From positions 166,596,001 to 166,660,000 of the forward strand of contig NC_058368.1 in NCBI RefSeq assembly GCF_018350175.1: a DNA stretch of 64,000 nt. Direction: 5' to 3'. Source of the DNA: Felis catus (lineage: Eukaryota). Both the position numbers and the translations under genes were made by a program. Shown here one piece after another: positions 25,141-38,239 of the stretch (positions within the stretch are counted from its first letter, which is position 1; each line of letters starts with the position of its first letter). The notes under the pieces were generated by a model. The model saw nothing but the letters and a program-made list of their open reading frames with translations. It ran no database searches and was not told the origin of the DNA.

Positions 25141-25439
25141 TTTAGAAGTAAATCTGAAAGTAAAAATGAGAAGACTTCCCTTTTCTAAAACTCCTTCCTT
25201 TATAACCTTCAGTAGAATCAGTAAAGTAGTAGATATGATTAGCCTGAAAACATGAGGGGCCACTTGTGATCCCAGTTCTAGCAAGTGGAGGGAGCAGGAG
25301 CAAAAGCATATTTTCTCTCCAAGAAGTAAAAAAAGGAACATAACTGGCAACTTCGCATTGAATAAATTTCTGATATTCTTGGATATTAAGGTGGGGGAAA
25401 AGATCTCAAGACCCAGTGGTGTATGGCTGTCATCTAGTG

Positions 25440-26430
25440 TTATTTACATGCTGAAACCTTCTACTTTATATATCTAATTCCACTCTCTTTGTGTGGTTTC
25501 AAATCAGATTCTACCATCTGTTTGATATTTCTAGTTGGATATTTAACATCCATTTATTTACATGTTAAAATTCATGTGCTTAAATAGAAACCTCAATTCC
25601 CCACCTCTAGCCAAATCCTTTTCCCATTCTCCCCCACTTGGATAAATGGGACCATCATCATAGGTTATTTTAAGCCAAAATATTAAAAGTCATATTTGAC
25701 TCCTCTCTTTCCTTTATACCCTACATTCACCCAAAGCAAGTCATGTAATCCCCACCTTGACATAAATGCTGAGTAACATCAAGACTTCTTTAACATGAAA
25801 ATTACCCAAAGTATGATTAAATAGTTTGTTCTTTTGTTCTCAAGTATTCAGTGACTTTCCAGTTATCTTTCTGTTAGTGCTTTCCAGCCCTCACTGCTTT
25901 CATAATGACCCCACCTAAACAACCATAGACTGTGATAGCTTTCTTAATGTTCTTGCTGTATTCATTTTCTGGTCTCCTTAGTCAGTTTTTTTATGGAGCA
26001 GGCAATATGGTCAATTTGATACTTAGATCACTTTCGGTTCAAAACTTCCAGTGGTTTCCATCACAATCAGAATAAACAGTCTCCACCTCAATCATAACCC
26101 ATAAGATACTCACGCTGGACTTCTAATACCTTCACTTCACAAGGGTTTTCCTTGCATTTGAATCTTTCTATTTACCATTTCATTTTCCTGAAATATTTTA
26201 TACTGTATGCTGATTTTGCATGAAGGCCGCCTTTGATTAATCTGTCTAAACTGGCCTGTTATTCTCTATTCTGTCCTCCCATTTTATTCATCTGATATCA
26301 TGTAATTTGTGTTTCATGTCTTTTTTCCCCCCTTAAATGTAAGGTCCATGAAAGACCAGAAAGTGAAGTTTCTTATAAATAGTATAGCCCATCCTTGAAC
26401 ACAGATGCAATTAATAAGTATTCATTAAAT
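25440..26430 (+). mobile_element. LINE-2 3' region (diverged)
   Basis: L2-like motifs catatttgactcctctctttcc, cttagatca...aaaacttccagtggtttcc and aatgtaaggtccatga, ending aataagtattcattaa. Confidence 0.65.
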
Positions 26431-26931
26431 ATTTTACAGGAGGAAATTTGAAGAGAAATACAAATGGGTCCTTGATTTTATTATAGGCCAATAAAGCCAT
26501 TCAGCTAATTAGCTCTCTCTTAAAATAAATGAGGAAAGACTGGTAGGGAAAAAAAAGGAGAGACAAGTAATTTACAATGTTCCCCTTATAGAAAAAATGA
26601 AAAGCAAAACAGCCACTAACAGTTGATATATAATATATTTCACTGACTGATTACTTGATTGATTCATTAACAGAGTATCTACTATGTGCCAAGAATCCAC
26701 CCAGAACCATGAAAACACATGGGAAAGGGAAACAAGTCTTGTAAAGTACAGGTCCTCATAGACATAGAACAAATTATATTTTGATCTAATAATATTTCAA
26801 CAAAGCTACACAGCAAAGAATATTATCTCTGATAAAATCCACCAAAGCCATACTTTCAATTTTTGCATTTTTCTGTTCCTTGTTGTTTGTCCTCCGACCA
26901 AAAGTTAAAATGGTAAAGAATTTATTGTTCT

Positions 26932-27119
26932 TTTTTAAAATGTTTATTTGTTTATTTTGAGAGAGGCAGGTAAGGGCAGAGAGAAAGAGAGAGAGAGAAT
27001 ACCAAGCAGGCTGACAGCACAGAGCCCGATGCAGGACTCACTCCTACAAAGCATGAGATCATGACCAGAGCCAAAATCAAGAGTTGGATGCTCAACTGAC
27101 TGAGCCAACCAGGTGCCTC
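26932..27119 (-). mobile_element. Can-SINE
   Basis: T-tail and head ...gactgagccaaccaggtgcctc. Confidence 0.9.
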
Positions 27120-27136
27120 AAGAATACCTTATTCTA

Positions 27137-27357
27137 GGGGCGCCTGGGTGGTGCAGTTGGTTAAGCGTCTGACTTCAGCCAGGTCACGATCTCACGGTCC
27201 GTGAGTTCGAGCCCCGCGTCAGGCTCTGGGCTGATGGCTCGGAGCCTGGAGCCTGTTTCCGATTCTGTGTCTTCCTCTCTCTCTGCCCCACCCCCGTTCA
27301 TGCTCTGTCTCTCTCTGTCCCAAAAATAAATAAACGTTGAAAAAAAAATTTTTAAAA
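27137..27357 (+). mobile_element. Young Can-SINE (SINEC_Fc)
   Basis: ggggcgcctgggtgg... with CpGs retained. Perfect 17-bp TSD aagaataccttattcta at 27120-27136 and 27358-27374. Confidence 0.96.
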
Positions 27358-27662
27358 AAGAATACCTTATTCTATTTCAAACCTCTCCTGATTAGTCATG
27401 GCTTTGTACCATTTATTTCCAACTCTGAAATTATAAGATGCTCAATTCGCATGATAACTCATTTATCTAAACTGCATTCATTCAAAGCTTGACAAGGAAA
27501 AACAACAATAATAACAACAATAATAATAACAAAATCTGACCAGCGATTTTCTGTATTTTTTTACTTGATTGCCTTTTAAACATGATCAAATTTATAGGAT
27601 GATTCAAAATGCTAAAGTAGCCCAGACTTGGGATTTTCAAAGAGATTTTCAACAAGAACGTA

Positions 27663-27693
<31 letters not shown>

Positions 27694-28225
27694 TCCTCCC
27701 ATCCTCCTTCTCTCCCCCTCCCTTCCTCACCACCCCCACCCCCCACACACACACAACTGTCCTGATAACATTATTGGCTTGGCTAAAATTTTTCATGGTG
27801 ACTCAACACTTTTCTTAACACTTTCCATATATGCTGGTGATATTCAATCTAAACTACAGATACTCTTAAAATGACATGAGAAATACAGGGCACTGCAGTT
27901 TTCTATGTTAGAATTTGAAAAAAGGACGCAGGCTCTTTCAGCTTATAACCTGTAGTTCCTGACTTCGAAGTGTGGAATGTCTTTTCCAATGATTGAATGA
28001 TTCTTTGTCATCTTATTATATACTTATTGAGCACACTCTAAAGGCGTTAATGTGGATGTTACCGTGAGTTTTATGCTTGCCTTCAACAGCAAACAATTGC
28101 CTCTCCAGCACTGACGATCACTGCACAGAAAACCTGAAGTCACCACAAATTTTGTTAGAACGCATCAAACATACCTCACTGCATATGCTAACAATAATCA
28201 ATCATGTTAAAAATTGTATGGCCTA

Positions 28226-28438
28226 GGGTCGCCTGGGTGGTTCAGTCGGTTGAGCGTCGGACTTCATCTCAGGTCATGGTCTTGCAGTTTGTGAGTTCAA
28301 GCCCCGCATCGGGCTCTGTGCTAACAAACAGCTAAGAGCCTGGAGCCTGCTTCAGATTCTCTCTCTCTCTCTCCCCCTCCCCTGCTCATGCTCTGCCTCT
28401 CTCTGTCTCTGAAAAATAAATAAATGTTTAAAAAAATA
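28226..28438 (+). mobile_element. Can-SINE
   Basis: TSD aaaaattgtat(g/a)gccta at 28209-28225 and 28439-28455. Confidence 0.94.
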
Positions 28439-28908
28439 AAAAATTGTATAGCCTATAAGTACAATTTATAATATAAAATAATAAAATAAAATTTGAAGTA
28501 CCAATTTCATTTCAATATTTAAACAGTACTCCCTCAAATCCATCTTATATAGAATCACTAGCATTCTTATTGTTGGGTGATTTATAAAATGCGTTGGCTT
28601 AACTATTTAGGGGGTTATAAGCTGAAGACCAAAAAGCCTGTCTACCAAAGCAAACAACAGAAAAATATCACTTGCTTTTTAGTGATTATGAGCACATGTA
28701 CTATGAAAAAATGAAACTATAGGAGTGAGTGCTTTCTTTTGTATAATCCTGGGGCTTCTGTCTTGCTAGAGATTTTCCATTTCTTCATGCAGTTAGGCAA
28801 GTTCTCCTCTATGCTGCAGGGATTAATCAGAAATGTGAACAATCATGGTGAGAGCAGTTGTAGTTTGAATGAGTGTGTCATTGGATATGTGAGACTATAC
28901 ATTCTCAA

Positions 28909-28960
28909 AAGAAGTAAAAGGATAATGGACTTTTAAGAAGTAAAAGGATTGATGGACTTT
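28909..28960. repeat. 26-bp imperfect tandem duplication
   Basis: aagaagtaaaaggataatggactttt followed by aagaagtaaaaggattgatggacttt. Confidence 0.85.
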
Positions 28961-29020
28961 CGGTAGGAAATGACTAGGTGCCATGACCTATCCACCAGAA
29001 ATATAAGGGCAGGTTTTTAC

Positions 29021-29246
29021 ATATGTTTGGTAGAAGGTTTGTACCAAAACAACTTCAAAGGCCGCATGCCAACAGACACCAATATAATTCCAACAATGAT
29101 TATATTCCCTGAATTTCACTATCTAGTTAGTTTAGCTCAGTAAGTCCAAACATGCCAAGTCAAGTCACGTTTGTACGTTCTTTGGAATGATTTCCATACT
29201 CCATTAAGGTTTTTTTATTTCCCCCCATGTAAAACCTAGTGTATGC
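29021..29246 (-). pseudogene. Exon remnant, 226 bp, phase 0 to 1
   Basis: ttattttatgttaaag|GCA...AT|gtaaaa (weak donor). Reads AYTRFYMGGNKKTLMEYGNHSKERTNVT*LGMFGLTELN*...; a shifted frame ends RPLKLFWYKPSTKH. The length supplies the phase change needed between its neighbours. Confidence 0.5.
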
Positions 29247-29641
29247 CTTTAACATAAAATAAATTTTTTTTTCATCTGCTTGCTTTGCAGGTATACTAAG
29301 ATCGTGCAGTAAAATACAATAACCCAGTAGGTAAATAATGTCAACAAAAATAAACATTTGAGGTAGCACAACTGGCAGAGAAGAGGGGTTTTTCACAAGT
29401 CAAACTGAGAACATGATACAAAAGCCAATTATTTTGAACTAGAATGTTTTCCAAAAATCATTTGTCTAATCAACATAAAATTAAATTTCCAGCCAAAGCA
29501 GTATTGAGAGCCTAACAGTTGCTTTGACCCTTGCCTTAGGCTCACTTTTGCTTCACATGTCTTAGTCTTTTGGAAAGCAAAGCTATGGAAACTCATAAGA
29601 GCATTCAGGTATCCTAGGGACACATGTATGCAAGATCTTAC

Positions 29642-29718
29642 GCCACTTTTGGTCTAACATGAGGAGGCACTGTATTCTTTGACATCAGACTTCAGATTTA
29701 ACAATGTCACATTGACAC
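29642..29718 (-). pseudogene. Exon remnant, 77 bp, phase 1 to 0
   Basis: Strong acceptor tttttctgttacag|GT and donor GGC|gtaaga. Reads (R)VNVTLLNLKSDVKEYSASSC*TKSG. Confidence 0.72.
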
Positions 29719-31159
29719 CTGTAACAGAAAAACAGTTTTATATGAGAAAGCAGTATGGTTAGACACAAGCTTCTAAGAAAAAGATAATTTTCCACTATGA
29801 TTGCAAACAAGACAAGAATTCGGCTGAAGGTAAACTTTGATATTTGGATCCTTTCTACTATTTCTCTATTTTATAAGGCAAATTGAGCTCACTTCACTTT
29901 TTGAGTGAACTTGCCATGATCCATCAATTGCCCCTTTAACCTAATATTAGTTGACAACAAAATTTTATTGTTACTGATTTTACAACAAATATCCTGATTT
30001 ATTTAAAGATGCTTAAATATGAAACTAATATGGAGGAAGTGGTATACAACTTACTTGCATATTGATAAAGAGAAACTATATTCCTGATCTTCTAAAAGTA
30101 AAAACAGAAAAGCCCAAAATAACAAGATAAATAGCAGATAAATGGTTTGGGGAAAGCCAATAGAGCACAAAGCAAAGAACTTGAAAAGAACCAGGAGGTA
30201 AAAGGGATAGGACTAATTATGTACTTGTAGAGAGGCACCATTTATGTGTACTTACAGCTATCTTGGAGATTGATAAGAAAGGTAATCTGAATGATTTATG
30301 CTTGATGTTTTTTTATACATTTAGTAAAGTTTATATTGCATGTTACAACACATTTTCTTATTAATTATTAATGCAGAAGTGTCTGAATCTTAATCATTTA
30401 TTATATTCATAATAGTTTATCTATTCTTTCTAAATTATTTAGAGTAAAAAATTTTTGAGCATTATCTTTTGAAGGACTTCTACTCTAGTGAAGCCAGAAA
30501 ACATAGTGCATGGTCAGATAGTGATCTGAAAGGAAATAATTCTGTTTCTTGGTAGAGCAGAATCCTTAACCACTAGCTCACAAAGAAGAAACAGTGCAAG
30601 TTACAAAAGGATACCTACATAGAGCCTCTTAGCTATAATTTTTCTTACAAAAATTCACTCACAAAATTTCAACATTGAATTACATGCCAACATGTTGCTC
30701 TATTTTGGGTAGGTCCATTAATTTCTGTCCACTTATTATTATAATTTAAAAACCATTTCCCTGAAAGATTTTAAGAGAACATTAAATCAATAAATGTCAA
30801 CACCTCATATAAAATGGAGGTGATTTATTTCTTTACTTCATCTAAACAGATAATTGCTTAGAATCTAATGGGGACAAACCGGAATTCAAGGTAACTGGAG
30901 CAGTCAGTTATAATATTGTGTATAGTTCAAAAGGTAGAAGAAAGAGCCACAGGCATTTATATATTGTTGAACCTTAGTACTAAACTATTTTACAGTTCTG
31001 ATTTGTTCTTATTCTCAGTACAGCTTCACAGAAATACCTAATACCTCATTATAAAACAAGCCAACCCCTGCCCCCACGAAAAAGCTGAAGAAAAAAAAAT
31101 AAACAGACTTATTATTATGAGTAGCAATATCCTTTTAAATAACAAAAAATAAGCAATAT

Positions 31160-31176
31160 TTTTTAATGTTTATTTT

Positions 31177-31234
<58 letters not shown>

Positions 31235-31394
31235 TGGGGGAGGGGCAGAGAGAGAGGGAGATACAGAATCTGAAGCAGGCTCTAGGCTCCCAGCTGTCAG
31301 CACAGAGCCTGATGTGGGGCTGGAACTCACAAGCTCTGAGATCATGACCTGAGCCGAAGTCGACGCTTAACTGACTGAGCCACCCAGGCACCCC
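31160..31394 (-). mobile_element. Can-SINE with expanded (GA)n
   Basis: Tail, long (GA)n and head ...gccacccaggcacccc. Confidence 0.94.
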
Positions 31395-32993
31395 TTAATC
31401 AATTTTTTAATTGCAAAGAGTAGAATAATACAGATAAATGCTTGACTAGTCATTTCTTTATGCCTAAGTTAGAAAGAAAGTTATGCCTTTGACATCTAGT
31501 TCTAGCTCCCCCCTTTTTTTCAAATCAATCATTTTACAAATAAGGACACTAAGACCCAGAAAATTAAAGTTTTTCATCAGAAGTTGTACATAAACCTATT
31601 ACCTCTAGGCCCAATAGAATGTATTGAGTAGGTATTTGTAGTGCTAATTCCGTGAGGGGTCTCTGTTAATATATACATATGCCAGATTTTGTTCATAATG
31701 TATTTAGAGTTAAACCAGTGTGAATACTAGTGACATGATTCCTATTTACTTGGATGGAGAGGCTAGGTGTCACCAATACTCAAATCTGAGGCTCTTTTCA
31801 GTACAAATCATTATTGATCTGCTTTACACTGTAGGAAAAGATAGGAGACTCAAAGAAAGAGAAGTTAGCTTTCATTTACTGTTCTAAGTTTTGACCAGAT
31901 CCACATTTCAAGATTTTATCTTGAAATATTTATGCTTGCAAATCAACACAGCAAGAGCCACACTGTGCCCTTTTATAGTTCTTTTGAAATGAGAAAATGA
32001 CTTCGCGGTTGATGACTTTATTTATTCACTCAGATTCTTCCACTTTATAGGTAACTCTTTGAGAATATATAAAGCCTAATAGAGTTTTTGCTTTTTTCTT
32101 TTGTTTGTTTAGATGTGTTTTTTTTTAATTCTCTGTAATTTTTCATTTAGAAAATACTTGGAGTAAGTAAGTAAGTAACTTGAAGATAGAGTTAGGACTT
32201 TATAAAACTTTCTGGCTATAGTCTCTAATTCAATAGCTCCTGAACTTTGGATGGCTTATAAGGCTCATGATTTTGACGAATTCCATCACTTTTTATAGTG
32301 CCTTTGTCTTTCAATGAATGTTCAAGCTAAGTTTTTTATCGATTTCCTGGAAGGCCAGGTCTCTTTCTGGGCTATTTCATTAAGCGTTATGTATAACCTA
32401 AACATGTCTGCTGAATCCGCGTGCAGCAAAGGGCAGAGGAGTATGTATGTAAATCATGTGCCCCACTTCCTACCTGTGAGATGTCCTCCCAACGTAGTGA
32501 TGATCAGACAAACAGGTTTCCCAGGGAGCTCTTTAGGAGGACTATGGATATCTTTTCCTTTAAGTGATTACAAGGCCTTCTGAGACAAAGTCATTTTTCC
32601 CTCAGGCAATAATCTTTCATCCTTTAAGGTTTCAAAGGAGAATCTCATTTCTTGTACTCACATGACTTCAATCTTTGAAGATTCATTTCTCTGCTTAAAA
32701 AAAATAAAATGAAATGAAATAAAATAGAAGGAAGAAAAAAAAGAAGGAAGAGAGAAAGGAAAGAGGAAGAAAGGGAGAGAAGAGGGAGGCAGGGGTCACA
32801 TGTTTACATCCATCTTTGTTTGAAGGGAAAGCCTTGAAGCTTATTTACTCAAATAAAAACTTTATCTAAAATCTCTCCCAGATTATAATGAATTATAAAC
32901 TGTTATTTGGCATAAACCTCTCATCAGAAGTTCTAATACTAGCTATAGAAATATCTTAAAATTTTTTAAACCAGAAATTATTGAGCCATTACA

Positions 32994-33212
32994 GGGGCAC
33001 CTGGGTGGCTCAGTCAGTTGAGCATCCAACTTCAGCTCAGGTCATGATCACACAGGGTTTGTGGGTTCGAGCCCCACGTCAGGCTCTGTCCTTACGGCTC
33101 AGAGCCTGGAGCCTGCTTTGGATTCTGTTTCCCTCTCTCCTTGCCCCTCCCCTGCTCATGCTCTCTTTCCTTCTCTCACAAAAATAAATAAACATTAAAA
33201 AAATTTTTTTAA
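32994..33212 (+). mobile_element. Can-SINE
   Basis: TSD agaaatt(a/c)ttgagcca(t/a)taca on both flanks. Confidence 0.94.
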
Positions 33213-33499
33213 AGAAATTCTTGAGCCAATACAGTAAAAATTTTACCCTTTAGTAATTTTTGTTCTTTTAAGGTGGAAGTCATTTACGTGAACAGCCCAG
33301 ATGTAACATAGTGATAGGCAACCCTGAAATAAGTTTGTGTCCAAATTAGAAATTATTTTGCTATTCATATAAATAGGAAATGTAGCTACATAAAAAATGT
33401 TTCCATTGAAATGAAATTTAGAAGGACAGGAAAACTTAAAGACAATGATCATCATTCAAAATAGCCCTTAGTACAAAAATGCTGATTATCTTTTTTTCT

Positions 33500-35170
33500 T
33501 CTTAAATTTTCCCCCAGGTTTACTGAGATATAATTGACACAAAGGACTATATAATTTTTAAGGATAACTGTACAATAATTTGGCTTACATATATTGTGAA
33601 AGGGATACCACAATAAGTTTAGTTAACATCCATCACCTATATATATATAAAAAGAAAAAAAATTTTCTTGTGAAAAGAACTCTTAGGATCTGCTCTCTTA
33701 ACTTTCAACGATACCATACAACAGTGTTAACTATAGCTATCATGTTGTTTATTACATCCTTGGCACTTGTTTATTTTTCAACCAGAAGTTTGTACCTTTT
33801 GACCACCTTCCTCCAATTCTACCTACTCCCACCTACTGCCTCTGGTAACCAGAGTCTCTTTTTGTATGAGTTTGGTGTTTTGTTTCCCTTCATTCCTTTT
33901 TTAGTTGTGTTTTAGTTTTAGATTTTTTTTTCTCTGTTTTGTTTTTGTTTTTAGTGATCCCACACCTAAATGAGATCATAAGATATTTATCTTTCTCTGT
34001 TTAACTTCACTTAGCCTAATGTGCTCAAGGTCCATCTATGCCACAAATTCCTGATTTCCATTTTTTATAGCTGAATAATGTCCTTTGTATATCCATATAT
34101 ACCTCACAACTTCTTTACCCATATATCAATGGATGGGCACTTAAGTTGTTTTCATGTTGGGCTATTGTAAATAGTGCTGCTATAACCATAGGGGTTGCAG
34201 ATATCTCTTCAACAGAGATTTTTGTTTCCTTTGGATATATTCCCAGAAGTGGAATTGCTGGATTATATGATAGTTCTGTTTTTAATTTTTTAGAGGAAAC
34301 TCCATACTGTTTTCCATAGTGGCTGTGCCAGTTTAAAATGTGACCAACAATGCACATATTTTCCCTTTTATCTATATCCTTAACCAGAATTTGTCTTTTT
34401 GACAATGGCCATGCTAACAGGCCTCAGGTGATATCTCATTGTGGATTTGATTTGCATTTTCCTGATGATTAATGGACCTGAACATTTTTTCATGTATCTC
34501 TTGGCCATTTGTATCTTATTTGGAAAAATGTCTATTCAGGTCCGTTGCCAACTTAAAAAAAATTTTTTCTTAATGTTTATTATTGAAAGAGACAGAGAGT
34601 GAGCAGGGGAGGGGCAGAGAGACAGGGAGACACAGAATCTGAAGCAGGCTCCAGGCTCCAAGCTGTCAGCACAGAGCCTGACATGGGGCTCGAACTCACA
34701 AACCACAAGACCATGACCTGAGCTGAAGTCGGACACTTAACCGACTAAGCCACCCAGGCGCCCCGCTAATTTTTTAATTGGATTATTATTGATTATTATC
34801 ATTATTATTTTGCTATTGAGTTGTATGAGTTCCTTCACATATTTTGGAAATAACCCCTTATCAGGTGTATGATTTGCAAATATTTTCCCATTCTGTAGGT
34901 TGTCTTTCATTTTTTTGACAATTTCTATTGCTGTGCAGAAGCTTTTTAGTTTGGCATAGTCTCACTTGTTTATTTTTGCTTTTGTTGCCTTTACTTTAGG
35001 TATCCTATGTAAAAAAAAAAATTGTTGCCAATATATTGTTGAGAAGCTTTTTCTCCTGTTTTCTTCTAGAAGTTCTGTGATTTCTGTTCTTGCATTTAAG
35101 TCTTTAATCTACTTCAAATGAATTTTTGTGAGTGATGTAACATAAGGGACAACTTTCATTCTTTTACACC
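33500..35170 (-). mobile_element. Older L1 (L1MA/L1MB-type) 3' portion
   Basis: ORF2 C-terminal peptide KLKTELSYNPAIPLLGIYPKE and a typical 3' UTR. Interrupted by a SINE. Confidence 0.88.
34556..34765 (-). mobile_element. Can-SINE nested in L1
   Basis: Full SINE ending ...aagccacccaggcgcccc. Confidence 0.93.
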
Positions 35171-36741
35171 TGAAACGTTTTCCCTGAAACGCTGATATCT
35201 GTCAATAAATTTTGTTGGCTTTTATAAAATGAGTCTCTTGAATTAGAATTTACATTAGAAGTGCATACACAAAAAGGCATTAATTCCACATTTGCTCAGG
35301 AATTGTTTGGTGGATTTTGTATTCAACTTACATATATATGGCACACCCGGAAATTTTTTATATGATTTTGAGGTAAAAGGAAGCAAACTCAATGAATCTT
35401 CAAATCTGAAAGCTGGCAAATAGCAAAGCCCCTTTTTTATAGATCTGCTGTGTAGCCACAGAATTTGCCACTGTGTGTGTAATTGCCACTATTCCAGTCA
35501 TAATCAACCAGGTGGCACACTCATGACCTAGTTTTAGTGGGAGGGCAGAAGGGGAATCTGAGGAATCAAATCGGTGCCACTGTGAATGAATCTGTATCCT
35601 CCATTTAAAGAAACATTTGGGTTGTTTCAGTGACTATACAACATGTGTCTCCTTTTGTTTGATTCAATAAATTTTGAGGATGTCTTGTGAATTCAGCTCT
35701 CAATATGGGATGGAAAGCATGATTTGTATACTTGTGCTTTTTTACATCATGACTGTTGAATTTAAAAACGCTCTCTTGTGGGCCCATTCATTAACTCATT
35801 TATTCATTATCCCTTGAGGTCATGAGCACCCAGGATTTACAAACAGTAAATAAACTATACCCCGGGTATTTATGTAATAAATAAAATGTATTGTTTTGTC
35901 ATTAGAGGTTTATCATTTTATGATGAAAATTGAGATGTTATTAAAAAAATACAGACTAGAAAATAATAAAGTAATGATTATTAATATTTTTAGGATAGTG
36001 ATTTATTGATAATCTAATGTAAGTTAGCAGCATTACATATATTATCTCATTTAATGAGATTTATTTATCCATTTAATAAATAACTGATATGAAGTCCATA
36101 GCAAAGCATCTGATCCAAAGCAAGTATTCAATGTATGGTTATAATTGTAATTCTTAATATCAAGTAATATTATTGTTCCTGAGAGCAAAGGGAATTTCTA
36201 TTGTGAAGATGTTAGGAACAGAAACAGATGATAGAGGCAGGATACAAATCTATGTATATCTGAATGAAAATGATTATGTTTTTGGTCTTTATGATGAACA
36301 CGCTTATTACCTATGGACATGGCATATGGATTATGATTCACAGCCTCACTTGAGTTTGGGTTTCTCTTCTGTATCTTACTGATTTGCTTATTTCTGCCTA
36401 GTACATAATGAGGACATCTTGTTAACATTTAGACATTTAACAGTTCTAAGAGGAAGGAATGCACCAAGCCTAATACCTAGATGTGGAATGAAACAAGACT
36501 GATAATGAAGTTTCAAATGCTCTGTTTATGAATTAAGTCATAGAGACTCAAGTAAATTTCTTCCAAGACAGAATGAACTTTAAAAGAGTGATATTTGACT
36601 TTCTAAGTTGGGGACATTGTTATTTCTAAGTTTCTCAGTATATACAAATGGAGACCATTCTTGATAGGGTACTTAATTGCTTGATCTAGGCATGTGACCA
36701 CATAAAGGAGAGGAATAATCAAACCTGCTGCTAGTATCTAG

Positions 36742-37012
36742 AGTTGTACTCTCCAATATGGTAACCACTAGACATGTGTGGCCATTTCAATTCAGATGTG
36801 CCATAAGTGTTAAATATAAACTAGATTTGGAAGCTTTAGTATGAAAACAAGTATGATTTTTACCTTGATTATGTGTTGAAATCATAGTTTTATATTATGT
36901 TAAATCAAATACAATATTAAAATGTATCTCACTTTTACTTTTGTTAATGTAGTTAATAGGAAGTTTAGAATTAATAATGTGGCATGAAGAATATTTCCCT
37001 TGGACAACACTG
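36742..37012. mobile_element. MER33/MER3-like hAT-Charlie element
   Basis: ctccaatatggtaaccactagacatgtgtggc...ttggacaacactg termini. Confidence 0.75.
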
Positions 37013-37392
37013 ATCTAGAATGCCGTGAGGAATTTTCACCATCTTGTGGAAACTTATGGATAAGAAAAGGGGAAGCCACATGAGTGAAGGATTAAACATG
37101 CAGACCCAGACAGGACCACACAGAGATGAGGAGCCATTTCATTAGAATATGGAGGATGGGTCATTCCAGAGCAGGGAGGCATCAATTAAATCACCATATT
37201 TCCTACAGTAGCTCACTAGCCTGGAGTGCCCCCCTCCCAGCTTAAAAATCACTATCTTCCTTCTACACTTCATCATTATTATTATCCAGTGGTATCTTCA
37301 ATGTCATCAGAGAATATTCATAGGATAGTAAGATTAAATACCTATGTTTTGCCTATATAGCAGATTTTCTCCTTTTAAATATCTAGAGGGCA

Positions 37393-37613
37393 GGGGCGCC
37401 TGGGTGGCGCAGTCGGTTAAGCGTCCGACTTCAGCCAGGTCACGATCTCGCGGTCCAGGAGTTCGAGCCCCGCGTCAGGCTCTGGGCTGATGGCTCAGAG
37501 CCTGGAGCCTGTTTCCGATCCTGTGTCTCCCTCTCTCTCTGCCCCTCCCCCGTTCATGCTCTGTCTCTCTCTGTCCCAAAAATAAATAAACGTTGAAAAA
37601 AAAATTAAAAAAA
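37393..37613 (+). mobile_element. Very young Can-SINE (SINEC_Fc)
   Basis: CpG-rich, near-consensus body. Perfect TSD aaatatctagagggc at 37377-37391 and 37614-37628. Confidence 0.97.
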
Positions 37614-37679
37614 AAATATCTAGAGGGCTTTAATTTGGTATCTTGTCATTGTTTAACTGGGTGTTAATTATGAATTTTT

Positions 37680-37890
37680 AAAAATTTCTTAATGTTTTAT
37701 TTATTTTCGAGACAGAAAGAGAGCATGAGCAGGGGAGGGGCAGAGAGAGAGGGAGACAAGAATCCAAAGCAGACTCCAGGCTCTGAGCTGTCAGAACAGA
37801 GCCTTATACAGGGCTCGAATCCACGAACCCTGAGATCATGACCTGAGCAGAAGGTCGGACGCTTAACCAACTGAGCCACCCAGGTGCCCC
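37680..37890 (-). mobile_element. Can-SINE
   Basis: Tail, GA-rich body and head ...gccacccaggtgcccc. Confidence 0.93.
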
Positions 37891-38239
37891 TATTATAATT
37901 TTTTAAAGAGGTTTTTGTGTAATAGCTCTAGCCAGGAAAAGTGCAACACTGCCTACCTTCCTTAAATAATGGTGCCTTCATTTTATAGGAATTTCAAAAT
38001 TGCATGATTAAATATATAATACACACAAATGGCATTTTTATTTTCTATAAATTATCCCTACTAGTAATATCATTATCTAACCCATTACTCTTGGAGAAAA
38101 GTATGACAGGAAAGAAAAGATACAGTAACAAAAGGCAAATATGTATGTAAATGATAATATATTATTCCTAGCCAGCTTTTAATGAAATAAACGGCCATAT
38201 TTTGAGATAAATCATCCCACTTTGGACACTGGTACTTAC

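Noticed and set aside
28062..28133. Possible minus-strand exon (ttcag|...|gtaaca)
   Set aside because: It has stops in the phase needed, and the exon chain is phase-complete without it.
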